This document shows positions 41,040 through 51,548 of a DNA stretch of 64,000 bases, in pieces; within the stretch, counting starts at the first letter, position 1, and every line of letters starts with the position of its first letter. A program made the position numbers and the translations under genes. The notes under the pieces are model-generated. The model was given only the letters and a program-made list of their open reading frames with translations. It was not told the origin of the DNA and ran no database searches. The stretch is from the NCBI GenBank assembly GCA_038882655.1, contig JAVZNT010000001.1, positions 96,001 to 160,000 of the forward strand. Direction: 5' to 3'. This stretch comes from Candidatus Bathyarchaeia archaeon. GTDB lineage: Archaea > Thermoproteota > Bathyarchaeia > Bathyarchaeales > Bathycorpusculaceae.

Positions 41040-42878
41040 ATGATTTGTGGCTATGTAGCCAGCACACAGCAACCTACGGTAGAAAATATTCTCTGCAAAG
41101 TGAATCCCCAAGCTGAAGTGTTCATTTATAAGCGGAGGAAATTTATAGGGTGGTTCTTAGCTAGCAAAAAAGATAAGGTGATATATGAAAATAATCAACT
41201 ACTTTTAATTGATGGGCTTCCTGTTTTAAAAATCTCGCCTTATGATTACGATGTATGGGACAAAAACGAAGACTATATTAAAAAACAAATTAAAGTGAAA
41301 CGTTTTCTAGATCTGCTTGAACAAATAGTTTCTAATGTAAATTCCATATTTTTTGATGCGAATGAGGGTAAGCTTTTGCTTGCCTCAAATAGAGCTGCCG
41401 CGGGAAGGATATATTATAAACGTATTCAAGAGGGCCTTGTTTTTTCAAATAATTTTCTTTGCTTAATGAAAATGGGTGAAATAGATCTAAACTGGGATGC
41501 CGTCTATGCGATTATTAAATATGGGGCGCCTCCAGACCCGCTGACCATTTCTAAAGACATATTTTCAATACCGGTAGGACATTATGGGATCTGCAGCATT
41601 CCTAAGTTTAATATTTCCATTCAGCCCTACTTCCAGTTTGACTTTCCACAAAAACATAATGGTAATTTAGAAGCCGTCAAAAAGTATTTACTTGGTTCTG
41701 CAAAGCTGTTGGGTTCATTAAAGGCGTCTATCTTGTTAAGTGGTGGGGTTGATTCAACTTTATATGCGCATTTGTTATGTGAAAACGCAGACGATGAGAT
41801 ACGAGCTTTTTATCTTTGCTTTGGAGAAAATGATCCCGAGATAACTTTTGCTGAAAAAGCAGCAGCGGAATCTGGTTGCTCCTTGGAGATAATTGAAATG
41901 CAAGAGAACGATGTGGTTGATTCAATAAGTGAAATGGTGGAAATGTACTCTCATCCATTTTCCGATTATTCTACCATTCCGACATACTATCTGTTGAGGC
42001 AAATTTGGAACAAAGTGGAGTCAGGGATTTTAGTTGAGGGGACAGGTGGTGATGCTTGTTTTGGTTTTAGCACTCTTTTGAACGCTAACAGGTGGATTAG
42101 GGTATTTAACGCTCCGTTTTTCATTAAGGCGCTGGCTAGGAAGTTGTATTCAACACCAGGTTTTTGGGATGCCAACGTTTTTTTTGTAAGGTATTTAGCG
42201 GCATTTGCTGCATGCTGTGAACCATATATGACGCTAAGTCCGCTTGTTCTGTGTCCTGCAGATAATGTTTTCAATGAATCTTATGTTTCCAAAACGGACA
42301 TTACAGGGCATTACTTACGCCTTTTCAGTAATCTAATCAAAAAAGAGGAACATAACCTCTCATTTCACGCGATGGCTACGGTGGCTGATATAGCTCATAC
42401 CTGCAGTAAATTGTATACTGCAAAGACTTATGGATTATTTAGTAGTAAAATCCAAGTAGTTTACCCATATTTATGGCGGGACATTCTGATAGAGCAGGGT
42501 AATATTTCTTGGACGATAAAAATTCGAAATGGTATTGTAAAGTGGCCTTTGAAGTCTTTGTTAGAAAAATATATGTCAAAAGAGTTTGTATATCGGAAGA
42601 AGAGTGCTTTCCTCCCACCGTTGGAACGATGGTTAAGAGACGAGAGTGTTTACAAATTTTTTAGGGAAACGTTGGTTGATCAAGAGATTATAGTTGGCAG
42701 GGTTGTTTCTCAAGAAAAGTCGGCAAAGTTGGTTAATCGGTTATCAAAGTCACGTAATATTTCGCCTTCGCTTTGCCATTTTCTTTGGGGAACCTTATTT
42801 ACAGAACTATGGCTAAGACGAAACTTGAAAAACGCTACAAACATCTCACAGCAAGAACGCAATTACTTTGCTTTTTAA
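41040..42878 (+). CDS. Asparagine-synthetase-like amide ligase (second, divergent)
   Basis: LLSGGVDS, EGTGGDACFG, KWPLK, YRKKSAF..P...W. Confidence 0.8.
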   Translation: MICGYVASTQQPTVENILCKVNPQAEVFIYKRRKFIGWFLASKKDKVIYENNQLLLIDGLPVLKISPYDYDVWDKNEDYIKKQIKVKRFLDLLEQIVSNVNSIFFDANEGKLLLASNRAAAGRIYYKRIQEGLVFSNNFLCLMKMGEIDLNWDAVYAIIKYGAPPDPLTISKDIFSIPVGHYGICSIPKFNISIQPYFQFDFPQKHNGNLEAVKKYLLGSAKLLGSLKASILLSGGVDSTLYAHLLCENADDEIRAFYLCFGENDPEITFAEKAAAESGCSLEIIEMQENDVVDSISEMVEMYSHPFSDYSTIPTYYLLRQIWNKVESGILVEGTGGDACFGFSTLLNANRWIRVFNAPFFIKALARKLYSTPGFWDANVFFVRYLAAFAACCEPYMTLSPLVLCPADNVFNESYVSKTDITGHYLRLFSNLIKKEEHNLSFHAMATVADIAHTCSKLYTAKTYGLFSSKIQVVYPYLWRDILIEQGNISWTIKIRNGIVKWPLKSLLEKYMSKEFVYRKKSAFLPPLERWLRDESVYKFFRETLVDQEIIVGRVVSQEKSAKLVNRLSKSRNISPSLCHFLWGTLFTELWLRRNLKNATNISQQERNYFAF

Positions 42879-42895
42879 TTAAAAACGTGCATTTT

Positions 42896-44059
42896 ATGGT
42901 GATATTATTGCGTGTTGGCATTTTTATTCCGACATTGAACGTTTGTGGAGGGGCTGAATATGTGGCGATTGCCATGGCAAATGCATTAGCTAGGCAATCT
43001 TATGAGGTTGTACTTTTTACGAATGAGCCGGTAAATCATTATCAAATACGGAATTTTTTGGGTGTAAGTTTAAATCCGTCCATTAAATGTATCGTTTTTC
43101 CATCATTAGCTCGACCTTATTATCTTCTGGATTTTTATCAAACGATTTTTCGTTCTTACATTTTTAGACTGAAGTGTGATTTATGGATCGATGTGTATTC
43201 TCGTCGTATTTTCCCATGGACGAATATTACGTACATTCACTTTCCGTTTTCGCGTAGTCAATGGTATAGGCCGAAGTTTCCATATCTGAGGCGCCCGCGT
43301 TTCATGCAAGCTGCCATTTTACCGTACGTCATATTTGAAAAAAAGCTAGTGCGCGATGATGGAAAACTAATACTTGCCAATAGTCAGTACACGGCTGAGG
43401 AAATAAGAACTTTTTTGGGTAAAAAAGCGGAAGTGCTTTATCCACCGGTTCAATCTACTTGTTTTGAGAGTAAAACAGAAAAATTGGTCAAAAAACCGCG
43501 AAAAGATCTGGTAGTCACTGTTTCACGCTATTCATTGCCAAAGCAATTGGAAATGATTCCTTACATAGCTTCGTTTACAAGATCTAGTGTGGAGTTTGCG
43601 TTGATTGGACGCGTTTATGATAATGATACGTTAAGGACGTTGATTTCATTACAAAGATTGACTAAAAAGCTTGGTTTAACCGATAGAATAAAGTTTTTCA
43701 CAAATATTTCTAGGGGCAATTTAAAGGAGATATTAAAAAGTGCGAAAGTTTACTTACATACAATGGTTGGCGAACATTTTGGAATATCTATAGTTGAAGC
43801 CATGGCGATGGGTTGTATCTCAATAGTTCACGACTCCGGAGGACCAAGAGAATTTGTTCCAGACAATCTTAGATATAAAACCGTTAAAGAGGCAGCAGAA
43901 AAAATTGAGAAAGAAATCTGTGGTTGGACTCCTCAGAAAGCTAATGAAATGATCGAAATTGCTCAAAGATTCAAAGAAGAAAACTTCTCCAAGAAATTTA
44001 TCGACTTTTTCAACCAATACAAAACAACTTTTGAAAACAACTTAAAATATAAAATTTGA
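42896..44059 (+). CDS. GT4 glycosyltransferase (ALG11-like)
   Basis: GGAEYV, ANSQYT, LYPPV, YLHTMVGEHFGISIVEAMAMG, HDSGGP. Confidence 0.9.
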   Translation: MVILLRVGIFIPTLNVCGGAEYVAIAMANALARQSYEVVLFTNEPVNHYQIRNFLGVSLNPSIKCIVFPSLARPYYLLDFYQTIFRSYIFRLKCDLWIDVYSRRIFPWTNITYIHFPFSRSQWYRPKFPYLRRPRFMQAAILPYVIFEKKLVRDDGKLILANSQYTAEEIRTFLGKKAEVLYPPVQSTCFESKTEKLVKKPRKDLVVTVSRYSLPKQLEMIPYIASFTRSSVEFALIGRVYDNDTLRTLISLQRLTKKLGLTDRIKFFTNISRGNLKEILKSAKVYLHTMVGEHFGISIVEAMAMGCISIVHDSGGPREFVPDNLRYKTVKEAAEKIEKEICGWTPQKANEMIEIAQRFKEENFSKKFIDFFNQYKTTFENNLKYKI

Positions 44060-44075
44060 CCGAATAATTACTGAG

Positions 44076-44942
44076 ATGTCTACTATGCGTTATCCTTTTG
44101 TTTCCGTAATTGTTTGCACTTTAAATAGAAAGGAATTTTTGAGAAGATGCCTTAACGAATTACTTAATGTTAATTATCCAGAATCACAATATAAGATAAT
44201 TGTTGTTGACGGCGGATCTGTAGACGGAACAGAGAATATGGTGAAGAATGAATTTCCCAGTGTTAAGTATGTAGTTGAAAAACGGAGTGGTGTGTCTTAT
44301 GCAAGAAATAAAGGGTTAGAAATCGCAAGGGGAGAGGTTATCGCGTTTACAGACGACGATTGTATTGTAACAAAGGATTGGTTGTATAATTTGGTAATCA
44401 GCTTTGATTCGCCCGAAATTGGGGCTGTTGGGGGGCCTGTCCGTTTTACAAGGAAAATCCCACGTAAACTTTTAGTCAAAGCTGCTTTAGGCGGGTATGA
44501 TCTTGGTGAGAGAAGGCAATTTGTAGGTTATTTGGTTACAAGTAACATAGCGGTAAAGCGTAAAGTTTTCCGGAAAATAAGATTTGATGAGAATCTAGGA
44601 CGAAAGGGAGACATGCTTTTTGATAACGAAGATATCGACTTTTGCGAAAGAATTTTGAGGATGGGATATAAACTTGTATACAATCCTAAAGCCATAGTTT
44701 ATCATAATATTAACCCAGAGAGAATCAAAGTGAAATATATTTTGGTGAGAGCATTTTACTCTGGCAAAAGTCTCTATTTAATGAAAAGAAAATATGCACG
44801 CTCGAGTGTTCACTTGTTTAGAGACATTGTTAGATCAACTATAGGAGCAGCGCTTCTCTTTTTATTTAACATAAATCTGGAGAATTTTTATTTTTTAATA
44901 AGGAATTTTTCAATGTGTTTGGCATTCATTAACTTAATTTAA
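44076..44942 (+). CDS. GT2 glycosyltransferase
   Basis: VIVCTLNR, VDGGSVDGT, ARNKG, FTDDD, EDIDF. Confidence 0.9.
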   Translation: MSTMRYPFVSVIVCTLNRKEFLRRCLNELLNVNYPESQYKIIVVDGGSVDGTENMVKNEFPSVKYVVEKRSGVSYARNKGLEIARGEVIAFTDDDCIVTKDWLYNLVISFDSPEIGAVGGPVRFTRKIPRKLLVKAALGGYDLGERRQFVGYLVTSNIAVKRKVFRKIRFDENLGRKGDMLFDNEDIDFCERILRMGYKLVYNPKAIVYHNINPERIKVKYILVRAFYSGKSLYLMKRKYARSSVHLFRDIVRSTIGAALLFLFNINLENFYFLIRNFSMCLAFINLI

Positions 44943-45002
44943 GTTTAGTAGTAGAACAGTTATATCGATACACCAGAGAAAATATGGTGAAAACGGGTAA
45001 TG

Positions 45003-46268
45003 TTAAGGCATCGTTAACGGGTGTGGATATAGGTATGGCGTATACCAGTCTGGTTTGTATAGGAAATAGTGAACGCCAGGCTCCATTGGTCCGCTTTCCA
45101 ACGTCATACCGCCAATATTGTTGTTCCAAATGTAGAAGTCCTTAGGTCCTTGCACGTCAGGGTTCCAAGATGTAGGAGAGTCTCGTATGAAGTATCTGTA
45201 TCCAGATGCGGTGTTATTGAATATTATGCCACTGCCAGCATACAATTCTATCACACAGTCGCTTGAATCTACTGGGTTGGCGAACGTGCACTCGTAAAGT
45301 TCCAACGCCCTTCCACTAGCATATGGAGAATTCCACGCTGGATGCACATCTACTTCCCCGCGTCCAAGACCATCTGTGAAAACACAATGCCTAACAACCA
45401 CATGCCCTCCATAGTTTGTAGTAACGCATGAACGCCACTTTGTGAAAAGACAGTCTTCCACAAAAACTGTGTAACTGAGGTATTTCCCTAAAATTTCCGT
45501 TATATCATCCCATACTGCGCATCCATCTTCCCTACAAACAGATATAGCATATCCAACCTCCCTAGTAGCCCAGTCCATAGTCCATGAAACGTTGACGTTA
45601 TGGAATATACAATGGTCTATTACTCCGCAGCATCTGTGCCAAGCAGTTATTCCCTCACCAAACGATATAAAAGCGCAATGGTCTACACGAAAATTAAAAA
45701 GTGCATTAAGTTTAAGCGCTTTATAGAAACCTACAGCAGAAGCGTTGAACCATTTATACCCCACCAATTTAAGGTCAGAAAACCTAGACGACTTGACGGG
45801 ATTACTGGTCCCTGTAATCAAAAACCAATGAGGCGGGTCACCAGCCTTACTACCAGGCATATCCCAAGGCATAACGAGGACCGTTTTCCATTCTTTAACT
45901 GAACCATTTTCATATCTTTCCGTGGGTGCACCAAAAACACTCACCCCCTCTGGAACAGTCACCCTTGCGCCGGACCAGCTTTCTCCTAGATTAACAAAGT
46001 TCCATGTGCCTTCTGGGATGCGGACTATGCCTATTCCGTTAGAAGCGGCCAGGTTTACAGCGTCTTGTATATCCCGCCAATAGCCGCTTCTCGCTGTGAT
46101 TTCTGGAGCTATCCTCCCAGTATTGGATATAATTACTCTTCCAATGTCTGCAGCAAAAGAAAAGCCCACAACTCCAACAAGAACCGCTAGAATTAAAGCA
46201 ACTTTGTAAAAGCGTAAATCCCGCAACTTTAAGCCGCCTTGAGCTGCTGTGGCTTTAAACATCCACAA
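45003..46268 (-). CDS. Secreted pectin-lyase-like right-handed beta-helix protein
   Basis: Signal peptide; DIQDAVN...VRIPEGT; repeated RVDHCAF / VIDHCIF / FVEDCLF / VVRHCVF rungs; YTPYLYPHPL tail. Confidence 0.7.
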   Translation of the reverse strand: MWMFKATAAQGGLKLRDLRFYKVALILAVLVGVVGFSFAADIGRVIISNTGRIAPEITARSGYWRDIQDAVNLAASNGIGIVRIPEGTWNFVNLGESWSGARVTVPEGVSVFGAPTERYENGSVKEWKTVLVMPWDMPGSKAGDPPHWFLITGTSNPVKSSRFSDLKLVGYKWFNASAVGFYKALKLNALFNFRVDHCAFISFGEGITAWHRCCGVIDHCIFHNVNVSWTMDWATREVGYAISVCREDGCAVWDDITEILGKYLSYTVFVEDCLFTKWRSCVTTNYGGHVVVRHCVFTDGLGRGEVDVHPAWNSPYASGRALELYECTFANPVDSSDCVIELYAGSGIIFNNTASGYRYFIRDSPTSWNPDVQGPKDFYIWNNNIGGMTLESGPMEPGVHYFLYKPDWYTPYLYPHPLTMP

Positions 46269-46332
46269 ATCCCTTAATAAGGTTATTTGTGTTTCAAACT
46301 AATTAATCTTATGTATTACGATACAATTTAAA

Positions 46333-48474
46333 ATGGTGAAAGAAATGCAAAACAAAACGAAATTAAAAACATTCCTAACATTAATAGCCCTCCAACTCAC
46401 AGCAAACGCCCTAATACTCCTTAATATTCCAATAGTAAGACAAACCTTCATCTTCGCATATTTCACACTAATGCCGGGCCTACTCATCATTCAACTACTA
46501 AAGCCCAAGGACCTTAGAAAAACCGAAATCCTCACTTTTTCTGTGGGAATAAGCGTTGCCCTACTAATGTTCATCGGCCTATTCGTAAACGAACTCGGAT
46601 TTTCAATAGGCATAACTCGCCCCCTCTCACTTGTTCCCTTATTAACAGCCCTAAACATTTTCATACTCGCAAGCACCATCCTCGTAATTTCAAAAGGAGA
46701 CTACACCATTTTACAAAAAATAAAAATAAATGAAAAACCCCATACAATCCACCTACTCATACTATTAATAATCACCACAAGCATACTAGGCGCCATATGG
46801 GTAACTATCTACAGAAACAATACAATCCTAATGTTAACCATAGCCCTAATAGCCATAACCTTCTCCATAGGATTATTCTCAAACAAAGTCTTTCCACCAA
46901 AAAGCTACAAAATCGCCATTTTAGGAATAGCGCTCGCCATCCTCCTCCACGCAACGCTAATATACAAATACCCCATTCCCTACGGATCTGACACATCATA
47001 CGAACTTTACATCTACGAATCCACAGAAAACAAAGCCTACTGGAACTCAACCCTTTTCCGAGACCAGTTGCACGGCAGACTAAACTCAATGGCAAGCATT
47101 ACAGTTCTCCCAACAATCTACTCGACAATATTAAATTTAGATCCATTATACGTGAGGAAAATTCTATACGCGGTAATCTTCTCATTTGTACCATTAATCC
47201 TATTTCAATTTTGGCAAAAAAACTTCGGATATAAAAGATCCTTTATCGCAGTTTTCTTCTTCATGTCATCTATAACATTTTTTACAGAAATGGTTGGGCT
47301 TGGCAGACAAATGATTGCCGAGCTTTTCTTTGCCCTACTGCTAATAATAATTTTCAACAGAAAAAGGACATTCTTCGATAACGCATGTTACGCAATCTTC
47401 AGCGTGGCGTTGGTGATATCCCATTACGCTTTAGCAGAAATTTTCCTAGGGCTGATCATCCTCACAACGTTAATTGTGCTAATATTAACAAGGAAACCAA
47501 CCAGAAAAGCCACAATAACCATGACCGCATTCTTCCTCGTCGTAATGTTCACATGGTACATATATACTTCCCACTCAACAGTATTCGAAAGCACAGTATC
47601 CTTCGGAAACTACGTGCTTGAACAACTAGACGAATTCTTCAACCTATCATCAAGAGAGCCAACAATACTGAGAGCGCTTGGACTTGAAAAACCAGAAACC
47701 ATCTGGAACCTTGCAAGCAGAGTTTTCTTTTATCTTACCGAACTCTTAATAGCCCTTGGCTTTATAGCACTGATCACAAAACGAACAGATATAAAACTTG
47801 AAAACGAACAATTCATCTTTACAATAGTGGCAATGTTCTTCCTAGGCTTAACTATAGTAATGCCGGGCATGTCCAAAACCCTTAACGCAACAAGGTTCTA
47901 TCACATTTTGCTGTTCATACTAGCGCCCCTATGCGTATTAGGAAGCGAGTTCCTAACCAAACTAATATTTAAACAAAGGCATAATCTCGCGTCCACAAGC
48001 TTACTCTTCATGGTTTTGGTGCCCTACTTTCTATTCCAGTCAGGCTTCATCTACGAACTAGTAAATAACGAAAGCTATGCACCCCTCAGCCTCCACAGAA
48101 TGGACCCATATCGCCTCTACTTCTGGGCTGGATTCGCAGACGACCCAAGCGTGCACGGTGTTAAATGGTTATCCGCAAACGTAAACTTTAAGCAAACCCA
48201 TATATTTGCAGACCTATCTTCAATAAGGCACCTATTGCGCGCTTACGGCCTTATACCTGATAGATATGTCACCTCTGTTTCTAATACAACTATAATGTCA
48301 CAAGGGCAACTAGTCTACCTAAACTCGCTAAACACTGTCCACAACGTAACAGTTACCGGATCAATGGCTATTGGACGTGTTTACACTCCCCCCACAAACG
48401 AGATTTCATTCTTAGAAAACATGAACAAAATATACACAAACGGAGGAGCTGAAATTTTACAGAACCAGCCTTAG
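46333..48474 (+). CDS. DUF2206-like polytopic membrane protein (possible GT-C/polymerase)
   Basis: Many TMs; GSD..YE, SITVLPTIYS, RQMIAELF, SHYA, RFYHI, NKIYTNG. Confidence 0.75.
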   Translation: MVKEMQNKTKLKTFLTLIALQLTANALILLNIPIVRQTFIFAYFTLMPGLLIIQLLKPKDLRKTEILTFSVGISVALLMFIGLFVNELGFSIGITRPLSLVPLLTALNIFILASTILVISKGDYTILQKIKINEKPHTIHLLILLIITTSILGAIWVTIYRNNTILMLTIALIAITFSIGLFSNKVFPPKSYKIAILGIALAILLHATLIYKYPIPYGSDTSYELYIYESTENKAYWNSTLFRDQLHGRLNSMASITVLPTIYSTILNLDPLYVRKILYAVIFSFVPLILFQFWQKNFGYKRSFIAVFFFMSSITFFTEMVGLGRQMIAELFFALLLIIIFNRKRTFFDNACYAIFSVALVISHYALAEIFLGLIILTTLIVLILTRKPTRKATITMTAFFLVVMFTWYIYTSHSTVFESTVSFGNYVLEQLDEFFNLSSREPTILRALGLEKPETIWNLASRVFFYLTELLIALGFIALITKRTDIKLENEQFIFTIVAMFFLGLTIVMPGMSKTLNATRFYHILLFILAPLCVLGSEFLTKLIFKQRHNLASTSLLFMVLVPYFLFQSGFIYELVNNESYAPLSLHRMDPYRLYFWAGFADDPSVHGVKWLSANVNFKQTHIFADLSSIRHLLRAYGLIPDRYVTSVSNTTIMSQGQLVYLNSLNTVHNVTVTGSMAIGRVYTPPTNEISFLENMNKIYTNGGAEILQNQP

Positions 48475-48769
48475 TAAATTTTAAAGCATTTCACAAGCTA
48501 CACTCGCTTCAGTACTTATTTAAATCAGCTGCATGGTACGCGGGTTTTATAACCAGTCATCTACACAATTACGAACCAAAAACACTTCAGTATAAACCTA
48601 ACTTGCGCATAACAAACAGCAAATTAATAGAATAATAACAATTTTGTTCAGAATAAAATATATCTTTCATCATCTTCACCCGAACAAACTGGAAAACTAT
48701 GCCGCTCTAAAAAAGTTTATTGAACCTCTAGAAACCTTAAATGCTTGCTCAACCCATTTTCAGTTTGAA

Positions 48770-49672
48770 ATGTGCCCAGAAACAAGCAAAAAAGCCGAAG
48801 AAAAATCATTTGAAATAATGACCACCCAGCATTTAATAGAAACAATAAATCAGCTTCAAACAGAAGTTGAAAATCTGAAACAAGAATTAAAAAAAGCCAA
48901 AAGCATACCATCCGGAAAAATAGGTTTAGCCTTCATAATTCTTAGCACATCGGCCCTAATTGCTTCTGTTTTAATTAACTTGTATATCTTAGCCTTCATA
49001 GGTTTAGCCTTAGCCTTTTGGGGTGCCCTTTTCTTTTTCGTGAAGCCAGCGCGATATGCTCAAAGCAGCTTGTTAGCCCTAACAGCAACATCAACATACA
49101 CAACAATCGACAGAATAATAAAAGACTTAAAATTCAAAGGTAAAAGCTATTACATACCACCTTCTCCACAAGCAGATTCGCATGAATACTCTCAGGGCCT
49201 CAAAGACCCTGTAGTTTTCATAGCTGGCGATTCGCGTGGAATACTACCACTAGAGGAGGCTGTAGAAAGCAAGTTTCTACTCAAGAACCCCCACGGAATA
49301 TACATTACTCCACCAGGACTTGGGCTTCTAAAACAGTTTGAAAAAGAATTAAGAAAGGACTTATCGAAGCTTAAATTAACTGAATTATGCAAAATCCTGC
49401 CACCATTAATTGTTGATAATTTGCAATTGGCAAAAAATATTGAAATGCAAGCCAGAGATAGCCATGTTTACCTCAAAATATTAAACTCAACCTATATGGA
49501 TTTATATATCACAGAGGAAAAATTGAAAAGCATTTACTTCCTTGGATGCCCACTCATAAGCGCTATAGCTTGCGCAGTAGCCAAGACTTCTGGAAAAACT
49601 GTTACAGTAGAAGGACAAAAAGTATCTAACGATAAGCAGACAGTCGAAGTTTGGTATCGTATAATGGAATAA
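48770..49672 (+). CDS. Hypothetical membrane protein (paralog of 55848..56771)
   Basis: Coiled coil, two TMs, PPGLGL, LGCPLISAIACA; start set at ATG 48770 by comparison with the paralog. Confidence 0.72.
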   Translation: MCPETSKKAEEKSFEIMTTQHLIETINQLQTEVENLKQELKKAKSIPSGKIGLAFIILSTSALIASVLINLYILAFIGLALAFWGALFFFVKPARYAQSSLLALTATSTYTTIDRIIKDLKFKGKSYYIPPSPQADSHEYSQGLKDPVVFIAGDSRGILPLEEAVESKFLLKNPHGIYITPPGLGLLKQFEKELRKDLSKLKLTELCKILPPLIVDNLQLAKNIEMQARDSHVYLKILNSTYMDLYITEEKLKSIYFLGCPLISAIACAVAKTSGKTVTVEGQKVSNDKQTVEVWYRIME

Positions 49673-49888
49673 AATATCTATAACAATGTTTTTAGCCGCG
49701 CACTGATAATGGCAAACTAAGACCCAGTAGTCTTAGATGCAGCAACAAGCGTACAAAACAAAGTTTCTTTTTCACCTTTCTGCTCAGATAGGTAAGGATA
49801 AGTTTTTAAACTCCTAGAACTCTCAAAGGAATGTTCTATAGCATATGTTCAGAAACCTTCTTATCTTCTTCCCAGCTACAATGATTAG

Positions 49889-50659
49889 GTGAAAATATAT
49901 ATGAATATGAAAAGAGGAGAAGTATACATTTCTATAGCCATCGCTTTAATTATAGCCTCAGCATTTATTCAACCTGCATTAGCATGCTACGTCTACGTAG
50001 AAGGATATGTGACATATTGCGGATGTACCCCTGCAGAAGGCCTAATAATCAAAGTCTACTACATACCATCAGTTATTCCCGGTCCCGAACAGCTAGTAGG
50101 AACCGACATAACAGACTCCAGCGGATATTATAGGATAGATTTCCACCTGCCCTACTGGAATGAACAGTACAGAATAGAACTTTGGTCTTCAGATGGCATC
50201 ACACTTTTAAACCAAACAACAATACTATGGGTAATGAATGTTGATCATTATAGGATCGACTTCAAATTGCCTGGCATATGTGGAGAAGGTTTCACGCCAG
50301 GCTTCTGGAGAAACCACTTAGAAATCTGGGTCACCTACACTCCAAGCACGCTTTGGAAAGATGTTTTCGAAGACCCAATATCAATAAGAATTGGTAAAAA
50401 GACAATCACAAATCCCACATTAGGACAAGTAATAATCGCTACAGGCGGAATCAACGAGAAAATAGGCGTATATGACGCATTAGCAAGGCACGCCGTTGCA
50501 GCCCTTCTAAACGCAGCCCACCCCAACGTGGACTACCCAATGACGATAGCCGAAATAATAAACGCAGTCAATGAAGTGATCGGCAACGCTGACTATACAG
50601 ACGCAGCAACATTGAAGAACACTCTAGAAGCGTACAACAACTTTGGCGGCACAATATAA
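49889..50659 (+). CDS. Secreted protein: beta-sandwich domain plus TPGFWRNH helical domain
   Basis: Signal peptide; TDSSGYY; GFTPGFWRNH...LARHAVAALLNAAHP. Confidence 0.65.
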   Translation: MKIYMNMKRGEVYISIAIALIIASAFIQPALACYVYVEGYVTYCGCTPAEGLIIKVYYIPSVIPGPEQLVGTDITDSSGYYRIDFHLPYWNEQYRIELWSSDGITLLNQTTILWVMNVDHYRIDFKLPGICGEGFTPGFWRNHLEIWVTYTPSTLWKDVFEDPISIRIGKKTITNPTLGQVIIATGGINEKIGVYDALARHAVAALLNAAHPNVDYPMTIAEIINAVNEVIGNADYTDAATLKNTLEAYNNFGGTI

Positions 50660-50882
50660 ACAAACAATTACAGTTAAATGGACAAATCATCCCAAGAGCT
50701 GGCAAGCCTTAGAGGGCGTCTAAAGCTGTAAAGCTTTATAACTTTGCAACTACAACAACTTAGACTTCCAACACAAGAAAGATTGGGAAAAACAATCGAA
50801 ATCGTACTAGTATTGCTAGAAAATATTAGAACAAAAATAACTTAATATAAACCGATAAACTTCTAATATTCCGAATTAAAAA

Positions 50883-51449
50883 TTGGACTGGAAACATATG
50901 AAAATGCCGCTAAAAACTCTGATCGGTTTCATAAGACGGCATCGGAAAACTTTGCTCCTAAGCATAACCGTTTCCTCAGCAACATTGCTGGTGAGCACAA
51001 TAGTTTCCATATGGCTCAACAACTTTCACAACGTGCGCTTGCCAACTCTAGGAACTATAAGAGCAATTGGCGTTGAAGTTTATGGCGGCAATTTAACCAA
51101 CGGTGCACAACTTGACTGGGGAACTATTTACCCGGGAACCTTGACAAACCGCTCATTTTACGTTCAAAGCGAAAGTAACACGCCAGTAACTTTAAGCCTA
51201 AAACAATTAAACTTCACACTCCTAAATTCAAAAGGAGAAAATGTCACTGACTATTTACCATTACCCCCAACAGAAGCATTAAACATCACATGGAACTGTG
51301 GTGGCGTTGTTTTAAACCCTAGACAAGAAACTTTTGCAACATTAACTCTAAACGTAACTAGAGATTTCGGTTTTGTACAGTTTTTGATAAACTATAATGT
51401 GGTTGAGTTTAATTTTGATATCCGCATTGAGGCAAAGCCGATAGAATAA
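50883..51449 (+). CDS. Secreted/anchored beta-rich protein (DWG..PG family)
   Basis: TM then LPTLGTIRAIGVEVY...LDWGTIYPG...LTLNV...FNFDIRI; similar to 57002..57448. Confidence 0.7.
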   Translation: MDWKHMKMPLKTLIGFIRRHRKTLLLSITVSSATLLVSTIVSIWLNNFHNVRLPTLGTIRAIGVEVYGGNLTNGAQLDWGTIYPGTLTNRSFYVQSESNTPVTLSLKQLNFTLLNSKGENVTDYLPLPPTEALNITWNCGGVVLNPRQETFATLTLNVTRDFGFVQFLINYNVVEFNFDIRIEAKPIE

Positions 51450-51548
51450 TTTCTGTTCTATAACTTTAAGGCAAATTTTCTATATCATTAATCCATAGGG
51501 GTTTAATTTTCAGTTCTGAAAATTCTAAATAGAGAAAGGAGAGCATCA

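Noticed and set aside
48644-48769. N-terminal extension of the membrane protein
   Set aside because: The paralog starts at MCP; this DNA is the duplicated promoter and sortase remnant
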